The notes beneath the pieces were generated by a model that did no database searches, was not told the DNA's origin, and saw only the letters and a list, made by a program, of their open reading frames with translations. The position numbers and the translations under genes are program-made. DNA of 64,000 bases. Source: an uncultured Rhizobiaceae bacterium. Lineage in GTDB: Bacteria > Pseudomonadota > Alphaproteobacteria > SMXQ01. The stretch lies in NCBI GenBank assembly GCA_964577835.1, contig CAZOBN010000003.1, positions 490-64,489 of the forward strand, in the 5' to 3' direction. Positions 25,229 through 33,728 of this stretch are shown in pieces (the stretch's first letter is position 1; every line of letters starts with the position of its first letter).

Positions 25229-25618
25229 TCAGCACCACGGCTGACGCTTGCCGACCCAGGGCCGTGCCAATTTCGCTTTGATCAAGGCTTCGCCGAGATC
25301 CGCGCCGTTGCGCTCCACTGTCGCGAGGACACGGCCATAGCGGTCGATGCCGGTCTGCTTGATGGTGACGTGCCCCTTGGCGAGCCAGGCGCGGGTGAAT
25401 TCCTTGGCCCGCAGCGCGAGCTGACGTTCGTAGTCGCATTGGCCCTGGATTTCCGGCGCGTCGATATTGGCGATGCGGAAAGTGGCGCGCAGGGTGTCGC
25501 CATCGTAATTGGCGAAGCCCCGGTCGGACGCCGCGAAGCTCGGCACGGCGGGGCACGCGGCGAACAAGAACACGGACAGGAACAGTACGGGACGCGTAAA
25601 GACTCTGATCATGAACAA
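25229..25618 (-). CDS. Secreted thermonuclease (SNase-like) family protein
   Basis: Signal peptide with a lipobox-like LFAAC. Core DGDTLRATFRIANIDAPE...DRYGRVLATVERNGADLGEALIKAKLARPW. Confidence 0.7.
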   Translation of the reverse strand: MFMIRVFTRPVLFLSVFLFAACPAVPSFAASDRGFANYDGDTLRATFRIANIDAPEIQGQCDYERQLALRAKEFTRAWLAKGHVTIKQTGIDRYGRVLATVERNGADLGEALIKAKLARPWVGKRQPWC

Positions 25619-25730
25619 AACAACGCTTACAAAACTTAGCGGACAATGTCAGGTGCGCCGAAACAACAAGCGGCGCCGGATTTCCATCCCACGCCGCCGG
25701 CCGTCCCGCAACGGTGAATTTAAAGGCCGA

Positions 25731-26801
25731 CTATTGCCCGCCGGCACGTTTGAACTCGTTGATGGCGCGCTCGACCAACGGCTTGGGCGCGCCGAAGGTT
25801 TTGTCGAGCAGCGCCAGGATCTGCTCGTGGCTGCCGACCTCGATCTCGGCGCCCATCTTGCCGGCCTCGGCCAGCATCGCCGGGTCCTTGGCCATTTCCG
25901 CGAAGCCCTGGCGCAGCGCGGCGGCGACGTCGGCCGGAATGCCCGGCGGTGCGGCGTAGGAGCGGCCGTATTCCTGACGGGCGAGCAGGAGTTCCATGAC
26001 CTGACGGCTTTCCGGATCCGTGATGCGATCGACGATCACCGGCACATCCTTCAATTCGGGATGGGACGCCAGCGCGATCTGCAGCACGACGCGCGCCTTC
26101 TTGTCGCGCAGCCAGTCCGGCTTGCTCGCCTTGAGGCTCGACCAGTCGGTGCCGACGATGCCGTGGACCTCGCCGCGCTCCATGGCCAGGCTGGTCTCGC
26201 CGGTGCCGGAATAGCCGGTGATGACCTTGAACTTGGTGCCGATCAGGTTATTCAGCAGGTTGGGGAACACCTGGGTCGAGGAATTGCCGCCGGCGCTCGA
26301 TCCCACCAGCACTTCGCCCTTGAACAGATCGTCGACCGTGTGGATCGGACTCTCGTGCCAGAACACGCCGATGTTGGAAATGCGGTTGAGGCTGATCAGC
26401 CAGGTGAACTTGAGCGGATCGAATTTGGTCTGGGTATTGCCGAACAGCGGCTCGAACGCGGTGCCGGCCTGGAAGATGCCGAGCGCGGAGCCGTCTTTCG
26501 GCGCCACGTTGTAGACCCAGTTGGCGGCGACCACGCCGCCGGCGCCCGGCATGTTCTTCGGCACCACCGCGGGGTTGCCCGGCAGATGCTTGCCGAGATG
26601 GCGGCCGGCGAGGCGGCCGTAGACATCATAGCCGCCGCCGGTGCCCGAGCCGATGGCGATGGTGACGGTATGGCCCTTGAAATCGGCGGCATGGGATTCG
26701 CCGGCGAGGCCGACGGCTGTCGCCGCCGCGGCGCACAGGGCTGTGACGAAGAAACGCGCGCGCCCATTGAACGCTGATCTCAGTACGCGAGATGCCGTCA
26801 T
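25731..26801 (-). CDS. Bug-family (TctC-like) substrate-binding protein
   Basis: Start at MTASRVLRSAFNGRARFFVTALCAAAATAVGLAG (ATG 26801, GGAGGC SD). TIAIGSGTGGGYDVYGRLAGRHLGKHLPGNPAVVPKNMPGAGG. Confidence 0.8.
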   Translation of the reverse strand: MTASRVLRSAFNGRARFFVTALCAAAATAVGLAGESHAADFKGHTVTIAIGSGTGGGYDVYGRLAGRHLGKHLPGNPAVVPKNMPGAGGVVAANWVYNVAPKDGSALGIFQAGTAFEPLFGNTQTKFDPLKFTWLISLNRISNIGVFWHESPIHTVDDLFKGEVLVGSSAGGNSSTQVFPNLLNNLIGTKFKVITGYSGTGETSLAMERGEVHGIVGTDWSSLKASKPDWLRDKKARVVLQIALASHPELKDVPVIVDRITDPESRQVMELLLARQEYGRSYAAPPGIPADVAAALRQGFAEMAKDPAMLAEAGKMGAEIEVGSHEQILALLDKTFGAPKPLVERAINEFKRAGGQ

Positions 26802-26928
26802 CGAAGCCTCCCATCCGCTGGGCCGCGCACCTATTGATGTCGCGGCGTTATCGTCTCTCATGTTCTCGGCACGTCTCGAATCGGCCCGTGGCGGCGCGAT
26901 TGCGCCAGCCACGGGTATCGGATGTCGG

Positions 26929-27888
26929 TCAGCGCTTGGTCTGGCGCTTGACCCCAGTCTTCTTAGATGCCGTCTTCTTAGCCGGCGCCTTGGCCGACAG
27001 TTGCGCGGCGGCAGCCGCCTTCGGCTTCGCCGACGCGGCCTTCTGGTTTTCCTTCAGGGCGCGCTTGCGGTCGTACTGGCCGAGTCCCGGACGATAGGTC
27101 TTGTCGTCGAGGAACTGTTTCATGCCGTGCTCGCGGCCCCTTTCCTTGTCGACGAACTTCAGCGCGTCGCTCTTGCAGTTGAGGTAGTCGGCGGCCTCGG
27201 GCTCGTTCATGAAGCGCACGGCGCGGATCGCTTCCTTGGTGTAGCGCATCGCCATGGGATTCTTTTCCATCAGCTTCTTCGCGAGCTTGACGGTCTCCGC
27301 CTTGAGCTTCGCCTTGGGCACCGAGTAGTTCACATAGCCGATCTCGGCGGCCCGCTTGCCGTTGAACGGATCGCCGGTCACCGCGTAATACATCGCGTTG
27401 CGGAAATTCATGAGCTGGGTGACGTTCCAGCTGACGATGCCGCCCGGGATGATGCCCCAGTTGACTTCCGAGAGGCCGAAGATCGCGTCGTCCGCCGCGA
27501 TGGCGAAGTCGCAGGCCGCGACCTGGGTGAAGGCGCCGCCGAAGCAGAAGCCGTTGACCATGGCGATGGTCGGCTTCGGAAAGCGCGACAGCTTCTGCCA
27601 GCGCCAGGCGTTCGAGGCGTTGCGCGCCTTGTGCCGCGCCGCCGGGTCGGCCTGGGTGCCGCGGAAATAGAGCTTGATGTCCTGGCCGGCGGAGAACGCC
27701 TTGCCGGCGCCGGTGATCACCAGCACGTCGGTTTCGTCGTCGACCGCGAGCTCCTCGAGCGCGTCGTCCATGTCGAGATGGAGCTGCGGGCTCATGGCGT
27801 TGCGCTTGTCGGGACGGTTGAAGATCACCCAGGTGACGCCCTTGTCCTTCTCGATCAGGATGGTCTCGTATTTCTTGTTGGTTGCCAT
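26929..27888 (-). CDS. Hydroxycinnamoyl-CoA hydratase/lyase (FerB/HCHL-like crotonase) with a Lys/Ala/Pro-rich C-terminal tail
   Basis: Alignable by eye with feruloyl-CoA hydratase/lyases: VWVIFNRPDKRNAMSP, KPTIAMVNGFCFGG, FGLSEVNWGIIPGG, GREHGMKQFLDDKTYRPGLGQY. An extra tail follows: ...KAASAKPKAAAAAQLSAKAPAKKTASKKTGVKRQTKR. Confidence 0.8.
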   Translation of the reverse strand: MATNKKYETILIEKDKGVTWVIFNRPDKRNAMSPQLHLDMDDALEELAVDDETDVLVITGAGKAFSAGQDIKLYFRGTQADPAARHKARNASNAWRWQKLSRFPKPTIAMVNGFCFGGAFTQVAACDFAIAADDAIFGLSEVNWGIIPGGIVSWNVTQLMNFRNAMYYAVTGDPFNGKRAAEIGYVNYSVPKAKLKAETVKLAKKLMEKNPMAMRYTKEAIRAVRFMNEPEAADYLNCKSDALKFVDKERGREHGMKQFLDDKTYRPGLGQYDRKRALKENQKAASAKPKAAAAAQLSAKAPAKKTASKKTGVKRQTKR

Positions 27889-27939
27889 CGTGGTTCCTCC
27901 TTGAATGCGTGGTTTTGCTTGCGATCTGTGTGTCCGAGG

Positions 27940-29094
27940 TCAGCCGTATGTTTTGAGGACGTGCCGGGCGATGACCATCTTCATGACCTCCGTCGCGCCC
28001 TCGGTGATACGGTAGCTGCGCTGCTGGCGCCAGAACTTTTCGATCGGCAGATCGGTGGTCAGGCCGATGCCGCCGTGGATCTGCATGCAGCGGTCGGCGA
28101 CGCGGAACGCCATCTCGTCGGCGTAGGATTTCGAGGTATAGGCCTCGACCCTGGCATCCTCCCCGGCATCGGCCTTGGCCGCCGCCTGATAGACCATGAG
28201 GCGCGCCGCCTGCAGCTCGGTATAGGAATCCACCAGCATGAACTGGATGGCCTGGCGGTCCGCCAGCGGCTTGCCGAAGGTGACGCGCTGCTTGGCGTAG
28301 GAGGTCGCCATCTCGAGACAGCGCTCCGCGACGCCCAGCGCCCGCGCCCCGTGCTTGACGCGACCCACGCCGAGCCATTGCTGGCCGAGCTTGAAGCCTT
28401 CGCCTTCGCCGCCGACCCGGTGGCTGACCGGCACGCGCACATTGTCGAACACGATCTCTGACGGGCGGTCGCCCATCATGGTCTCGTAGCGCGCGGTGAT
28501 CTTGACGCCTGGCGTGTCCATATCGACCAGGAAACAGGAGATGCCGCCGCGCGAACCCTTGGCGCGGTCGGTCGCCGCCATGACTTGGGCAAAGTGGGAC
28601 TTGTCGGCGCCGCTGATGAATCGCTTCACGCCGTTGATCACGTAATGGTCGCCGTCGCGCACCGCCGTCGTGCGCATGGAGCCCGGGTCCGATCCGGCGT
28701 CCGGCTCGGTCTGCGCGAAGCAGGCGCGCTTCTCGCCGCGCAGCACCGGCATCAGGTATTTTTCCTTCATCTCGCCTTCGAGGTCGTAAAGGATGGCGCG
28801 CACGGTGGGGCCCATGATGCCTTCGCCGCGCGACGGCAGGGCGATGGTGCGGGCCAGTTCCTCCCACACCACCACGCGCGGCATGATGCCGAGGCCCAGC
28901 CCGCCGTATTCCTCCGGCACCTCCATCATCCAGATGCCGATGTCCTTGGCGCGTTGGTTGAGCTTCTCGCGCCATTCCGGCTTGAGCTCCTCGCCGTCGC
29001 AGGTCTCCCGCTCGACCGGAATCAGCTCGTCGTTGACGAAGCGGCGCAGCGAGTCCTTCAGAATGCGCAGTTCTTCGGGGAGCGTGAAATCCAT
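27940..29094 (-). CDS. Acyl-CoA dehydrogenase
   Basis: 384 aa. CFAQTEPDAGSDPGSMRTTA and QIHGGIGLTTDLPIEKFWR are typical acyl-CoA dehydrogenase signatures. Confidence 0.85.
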   Translation of the reverse strand: MDFTLPEELRILKDSLRRFVNDELIPVERETCDGEELKPEWREKLNQRAKDIGIWMMEVPEEYGGLGLGIMPRVVVWEELARTIALPSRGEGIMGPTVRAILYDLEGEMKEKYLMPVLRGEKRACFAQTEPDAGSDPGSMRTTAVRDGDHYVINGVKRFISGADKSHFAQVMAATDRAKGSRGGISCFLVDMDTPGVKITARYETMMGDRPSEIVFDNVRVPVSHRVGGEGEGFKLGQQWLGVGRVKHGARALGVAERCLEMATSYAKQRVTFGKPLADRQAIQFMLVDSYTELQAARLMVYQAAAKADAGEDARVEAYTSKSYADEMAFRVADRCMQIHGGIGLTTDLPIEKFWRQQRSYRITEGATEVMKMVIARHVLKTYG

Positions 29095-29103
29095 GGTGTC
29101 CCC

Positions 29104-31215
29104 TCAGGCCTGGACGGCGGCGCGGGACCGCGCCTGAGCGTCGGTGAAAACAGGCCGCACATCGACGGCGCGGACGCCCTGACCCTCGGGCAGGACGATC
29201 AGCGGATTGACCTCGAGATCGCTCAGCAGATGGCGGTGCGACAGATACAGGGTGGACAGGCCGACGATGGCGCGTTCGAGCGCCGCCATATCCGCCGGCG
29301 GTTTGCCGCGGAAGCCCGCGAGCAGCTTGGCGATCTTGAGTTCGGAGAGCATCTCCCTGGCATCCTCCGGTCCGACCGGCAGCAGGCGCAGTGCCGCGTC
29401 CTGCATCAGCTCGACCAGGATACCGCCGGCGCCGACCAGAATCACCGGCCCATAGAGCGGATCGGTGCGCGCGCCGAGAATGACCTCGACGCCGCTGACC
29501 ATCTCCTGCACCAGATAGCCGGAGATGCGCGCGGTGGGCGCCGCCTTGCGGATACTGTCGGCGAGCTCCTTGGCTCCGGATTCCACATCGGCCGGCGTGC
29601 GCAGGTCGAGCAGCACGCCCCCTACTTCGGTCTTATGGCTCACGTCCGGCGAGACGATCTTGAGCGCCACGGGAAAGCCGATCTTGCCGGCTGCCGCGGC
29701 TGCTTCCTCGGGCCGCACGGCGAAGGCGCTGGCCGGCGGAGTCAGCCCATGGGCGGCGAGCAATCCCTGCCACGCTTCGCCCTGCAGCGGTTCGGCGCGG
29801 CCGTTGGCCTTGGGCAATTCGGCAACCGGCTTGCCTTCGAGCGCACCGAATCGGGTCAGCGCGCTGAGCGCTCTTACGGTCGGCCCGATGCCCTGCAGGA
29901 ACGGAATGCCGAGAGCGTCCTGGAAGCGCACGCCTTCCTCGTCCACCGGATAGTTCATGCGGCCGAACGCGACGACGGCCTTGTCGGTCGCCGCCAGCAT
30001 GTCGGTGATCGGCGTCGCATCCGTGCCCTTCCGCTTGCCGGATCTGGAAGGCAGCTGGTAAGCCCAGGCCAACGCGTCGATCTGCGGATCGTTCAGCACG
30101 GCGGCGCAGATCTTCGCCGCGGTCGGCAGATCGGACGGGATGCCCGAGTCGAGCGGGTTCCTGACGTTGACCTCCGGGATCACGTTCGGCTTGATCGCCG
30201 CCACGGTCGCCGGCGCGTAATCCGGCATGGTGATGACCCGTTCCTTGTCCATCATGTCGTGCAGCAGATCGACGGTGCCGCCCGACGTGGTGACCCAGCC
30301 GACGCGCTTGCCCTTCGGCCGCCGCGCGTAGCGGAACGCCAGTGCGATCTCGACCATGTCCTCCAGCGTGTCGCAATTGGCGATGCCGTAGCGCCGGCAC
30401 ATGGCCTCGTAGGTTTCGAAATCGCCGGCGATGGCGCCGGTGTGCGACTGCGCCGCGGCGCGCGAGCGCGCGGAACGGCCCGTCTTGATGGCGACGATCG
30501 GCTTGCCGGCGGCGAGCGCGCGCGATGCGGCGGCCATGAAGGCATCGCCGCGGCGGATGCCCTCGATGAACAGCGCGATCGCCTTGGTGTGCTCGTCGTC
30601 GACCAGGAAATTGACGTAGTCCGCCAGATCGACGCCGAGCTCGTTGCCCGACGAGATCATATAGCTGAAGGTGACGCCGCGGCTGGCCGCCGTCTGGACC
30701 CAGAACTGCAGCGTGCCGCCCGACTGGAACACCGCGGCCATGGGTCCGGCGGGAATCTGGCAGAGGTCCTCGTTGGGATAGAAGAACGCCTTCTCGCGCA
30801 CGGACATGGCGCCCATGCAATTGGGGCCCGCGAGCGTCAAACCAGTGCGCGCGCACAGCGCCCTCAGCGCCTGACCGCGCCCGACGATCTCCGGATCGTC
30901 GCCTTCGCCGATGTTCGCCGCATAGACCGTCGCCGATTTGAGACCGTGCGCCGTGCCTTCGGTCAGCGTATCGAGCACGCCCTTGGCCGGGATGATGACC
31001 AGCGCATGCTCCGCCGGTTCGGGCAAGGCCTCGAAGCTCGGGTAGCAGCGCGTGCCCCAGACCTCGGAATATTTCGGATTGATCGGGTAGATCTTACCGG
31101 GGTAGCCGTTGGCGCGGAGATTGGCGAAGATGTTGGACGGCCAGCGCGCGCGGTCGGACGCGCCCACGATGGCGACCGAACGCGCCCTGAGAACCTGCTC
31201 AGGCGACTTGAACAA
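29104..31215 (-). CDS. NDP(ADP)-forming acyl-CoA synthetase (CoA-binding + ATP-grasp; FerA-like)
   Basis: CoA-binding start SVAIVGASDRARWPSNIFANLRANGY, ligase-CoA region and C-terminal ATP-grasp (FPVALKIVSPDVSHKTEVGGV). No ATG lies near the domain start, so AGGGAGA SD + TTG 31215 is proposed. ORF-track start 31416 would add about 67 unlikely residues. Confidence 0.75.
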   Translation of the reverse strand: MFKSPEQVLRARSVAIVGASDRARWPSNIFANLRANGYPGKIYPINPKYSEVWGTRCYPSFEALPEPAEHALVIIPAKGVLDTLTEGTAHGLKSATVYAANIGEGDDPEIVGRGQALRALCARTGLTLAGPNCMGAMSVREKAFFYPNEDLCQIPAGPMAAVFQSGGTLQFWVQTAASRGVTFSYMISSGNELGVDLADYVNFLVDDEHTKAIALFIEGIRRGDAFMAAASRALAAGKPIVAIKTGRSARSRAAAQSHTGAIAGDFETYEAMCRRYGIANCDTLEDMVEIALAFRYARRPKGKRVGWVTTSGGTVDLLHDMMDKERVITMPDYAPATVAAIKPNVIPEVNVRNPLDSGIPSDLPTAAKICAAVLNDPQIDALAWAYQLPSRSGKRKGTDATPITDMLAATDKAVVAFGRMNYPVDEEGVRFQDALGIPFLQGIGPTVRALSALTRFGALEGKPVAELPKANGRAEPLQGEAWQGLLAAHGLTPPASAFAVRPEEAAAAAGKIGFPVALKIVSPDVSHKTEVGGVLLDLRTPADVESGAKELADSIRKAAPTARISGYLVQEMVSGVEVILGARTDPLYGPVILVGAGGILVELMQDAALRLLPVGPEDAREMLSELKIAKLLAGFRGKPPADMAALERAIVGLSTLYLSHRHLLSDLEVNPLIVLPEGQGVRAVDVRPVFTDAQARSRAAVQA

Positions 31216-31434
31216 GGGCGTCTCCCTGGTGAAGGCGGATGTTGTTTTCGTTGGCCGGCTGGCCTTTGGATGATCGATCCTCGCTGCCGGATTGTCAACG
31301 CGAGGCAATCGGCAGGACCGCGCCGATTGCGAGTACACGACCTTTGAGGCAATCTGTTTACCAGAAACGACACAATCCGGCCGCAGCATCCTGCTCACGG
31401 CCGCATCATGCACCATTCACCGAGGAGCTCAGCC

Positions 31435-31578
31435 ATGATGATGGTCGCCATCCAACCCGCCGTCGCGCTGTTTGCCGGCATCTTGATTCTTCTGGTGCCC
31501 CGGCTTCTCAATTATATTGTCGCCGTCTATCTGATCGTTGTCGGCATCGTCGGCCTGTGGCCGCATTTCATCCGCTGA
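31435..31578 (+). CDS. DUF3096-like small membrane protein
   Basis: Below the ORF-track size cut-off. GAGGAG SD + ATG 31435. MMMVAIQPAVALFAGILILLVPRLLNYIVAVYLIVVGIVGLWPHFIR (47 aa, two TM segments). Confidence 0.6.
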   Translation: MMMVAIQPAVALFAGILILLVPRLLNYIVAVYLIVVGIVGLWPHFIR

Positions 31579-31607
31579 GTTCAAGGAGAGCATCATGGGA
31601 AAGCATC

Positions 31608-31928
31608 ATGGCAGGGCCACATGACAACGGCGGCCAAGCGTCCGCGACGGCCGAACCCCAGGTAAAGGACATGACCTTCTGGGAGAAGCAGATCGACGCC
31701 TTGCATACGCTGATCGGCGACGACAAGCGCCGCATCGTCGGGCGCGACGAGAACCGGCGCGCCGTCGAGTCGCTCGGCGACGACGTCTACGACACCATGA
31801 ATTACTATGAGCGGTGGACGGCCGCGACCTGCCGCCAGCTCATCGACAAGGGCGTTCTGACCCAGGACGAGATCGACGCCAAGATCGCCGAGATTCGCAA
31901 CCGTATCGCAGCGGAGGAGAAAGCGTGA
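31608..31928 (+). CDS. Nitrile hydratase beta-subunit N-terminal-half-like protein
   Basis: MAGPHDNGGQ... (compare the HDxGG start of NHase beta) and NYYERWTAAT (compare YYEHW). 106 aa. The upstream part of ORF 31239..31928 is read-through. Confidence 0.6.
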   Translation: MAGPHDNGGQASATAEPQVKDMTFWEKQIDALHTLIGDDKRRIVGRDENRRAVESLGDDVYDTMNYYERWTAATCRQLIDKGVLTQDEIDAKIAEIRNRIAAEEKA

Positions 31929-32230
31929 GTGAAGCCGATGTGGTGAACAAGCCGAAATTCGCCGCCGGAGAGCGCGTCCTGGTGCGCGACGATTATCCGC
32001 CCGGCCACATCCGCACGCCGGTCTATGTCCGCGGCAAGAGCGGCGTGGTGGTGAAGTGCCACGGCGCCTTCAAGAATCCGGAGCGGCTCGCCATCGGCAA
32101 GGACGGACTGCCGAAGAAGGCGCTCTATCAGGTGCGCTTCAAGCAGACCGATGTGTGGCCGGACTACGAGGGCCCGGCGACCGACACGCTGCTGCTCGAC
32201 ATCTACGAACACTGGCTCGAAAAGGCCTGA
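31925..32230 (+). CDS. Nitrile hydratase beta-subunit C-terminal (SH3-like) half-like protein
   Basis: The GTG at 31925 overlaps the upstream TGA (GTGA), with a GGAGGAG SD. FAAGERVLVRDDYPPGHIRTPVYVRGKSGVVV...LYQVRF...LLLDIYEHWLE resembles the NHase beta C-terminal domain. Confidence 0.6.
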   Translation: MSEADVVNKPKFAAGERVLVRDDYPPGHIRTPVYVRGKSGVVVKCHGAFKNPERLAIGKDGLPKKALYQVRFKQTDVWPDYEGPATDTLLLDIYEHWLEKA

Positions 32231-32250
32231 GCGGCCGATCGGGCGCGCAC

Positions 32251-32287
32251 AAAAAAACAGCGTGTCGCGGGACACGCTGTTTTCGTT
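32251..32287. terminator. Bidirectional intrinsic terminator
   Basis: AAAAAAACAGCGTGTC-gcgg-GACACGCTGTTTTCGTTT between convergent genes. Confidence 0.75.
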
Positions 32288-32315
32288 TGTAACGATATTC
32301 GCTGATCGACGGCGA

Positions 32316-32723
32316 TCAGACCTCGGCTTGTGCGCTCGGCCCTTGCGGCTGACGCCGGCGGTCCGCCATGAACTGGTCGAACTCGGCCTTGTCCTTGGCG
32401 TGGCGCAGGCGCTCGAGGAATTCGCGGAATTCGCGCTGCTCCTCCTCGAGCCGACGCAGGGTTTCCTCACGATACTCGTCGAAGGCGCTGTTGCCGCTCG
32501 AACCGTAATGGCGGCCGCCATACCACTGGCTGGCCTTCTCCTGCATCCGCTCCATTTTCCGCGTCCAGCGGCCTTCGCGCATCGAGCATCCCATACGTCC
32601 GCTCCATATCATGTAGGCGAGGACCGCCAGTCCCGCAGGCCAGAAGAGGATGAAACTCACCACCATCAGAGCGACCCAGGCCGGCCGGCCCAGTTCGTCA
32701 AGTTTCGCAGTGATGCTGCCCAT
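32316..32723 (-). CDS. DUF2852-like membrane protein
   Basis: N-terminal TM pair (WVALMVVSFILFWPAGLAVLAYMIW) and a charged C-terminal helix EYREETLRRLEEEQREFREFLERLRHAKDKAEFDQF. Confidence 0.65.
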   Translation of the reverse strand: MGSITAKLDELGRPAWVALMVVSFILFWPAGLAVLAYMIWSGRMGCSMREGRWTRKMERMQEKASQWYGGRHYGSSGNSAFDEYREETLRRLEEEQREFREFLERLRHAKDKAEFDQFMADRRRQPQGPSAQAEV

Positions 32724-32798
32724 GGGCGTGCCCTCATGTGAATGTTAATCACATTAACATAGGAGACGGCGGCACCCCTGTCAATATGGCCGGCGCCT

Positions 32799-33449
32799 TT
32801 ATCTGGATAGCCCGCCGGTGAAGCCGAGCCCCTGGAGATAGATCAAAACGGCCGCCTCGAGCAGGTCCTCGGGCGCCATCGGCAACTTGCGCCGGCCCGC
32901 GTCTCCGCGCGCGAACAGCGAGGCAATGCCGTGCGACAGCGACCAGATATGCAGACTCATCATCCCCGCCGGCGGTCGCTTGTCCGGCGGCAACTGGGCG
33001 CATAGCAGCTCGGAGGCCTTGCGCAGGCTGGCGCTGGCGCGATCCGCGGCATCGCGCAGTGCCGCATCCTCGTCCGGCGAAATGCCCGCTTCGAACATGG
33101 CGGAATAGTAGGCCGGCTCGTCGCGCGCGAAGGCAAGCCAGGCGCGCCCGATATTCTCGAACGCGGTGAAGGGATCCGGCTTGCCCTCGTTCCACGCGCG
33201 GTCGAGCTGTTCGGCGAACAGCTCGAAGCCGCGGCGCGCCACGTCGGCGACGAGAGCGTCGCGGTCGCGGAAGTGACGATAGGGCGCGGCCGAGCTGACG
33301 CCGGCCGAGCGCGCCGCGTCGGCGAAGGTGAAACCGAACGGCCCCTTCTCGGCGATCAGGTCGAGCGCCGCCCGAATCAGGGCTTCGCGCAGGTTGCCGT
33401 GATGATAGCCGCGGCGCCCGCCGTCCGACGAATTGCGTGACCAGCCCAT
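32799..33449 (-). CDS. TetR/AcrR-family transcriptional regulator
   Basis: HHGNLREALIRAALDLIAEKGPFGFTFADAARSAGVSSAAPYRHFRDRDAL. Confidence 0.85.
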   Translation of the reverse strand: MGWSRNSSDGGRRGYHHGNLREALIRAALDLIAEKGPFGFTFADAARSAGVSSAAPYRHFRDRDALVADVARRGFELFAEQLDRAWNEGKPDPFTAFENIGRAWLAFARDEPAYYSAMFEAGISPDEDAALRDAADRASASLRKASELLCAQLPPDKRPPAGMMSLHIWSLSHGIASLFARGDAGRRKLPMAPEDLLEAAVLIYLQGLGFTGGLSR

Positions 33450-33617
33450 GTAACAAGCTCTTACATCATCCGCCGGGCGAATGCAGCCGCAATCGGCCTC
33501 GCAGTATCCGATGCCGCATCCTCCGCCTCGCCCAGCAGCGAGGGCAAATCGCGATCCTTCAGGGTCGATGAAAAGCGTTCGATACCGTCATCTCGGGACA
33601 AGGCCGCTCTTCTCCTT

Positions 33618-33713
33618 CGTCATGCCCCGGCTTGTCCGGGGCATCCACGTTCTGTTGCGACGCATAGAAAAGAAAAGTCGTGGATGGCCCGACTAAATCG
33701 GGCCCCCCACGAC
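33618..33713. repeat. Palindromic REP-like element (TCGTCATGCC...CATCCACG / CGTGGATGGCC... arms)
   Basis: CGTCATGCCCCGGCTTGTCCGGGGCATCCACG ... CGTGGATGGCCCGACTAAATCGGGCC. Each arm contains its own hairpin. A related copy lies at 45594..45763. Confidence 0.65.
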
Positions 33714-33728
33714 TGAAAGGATTGCGAA

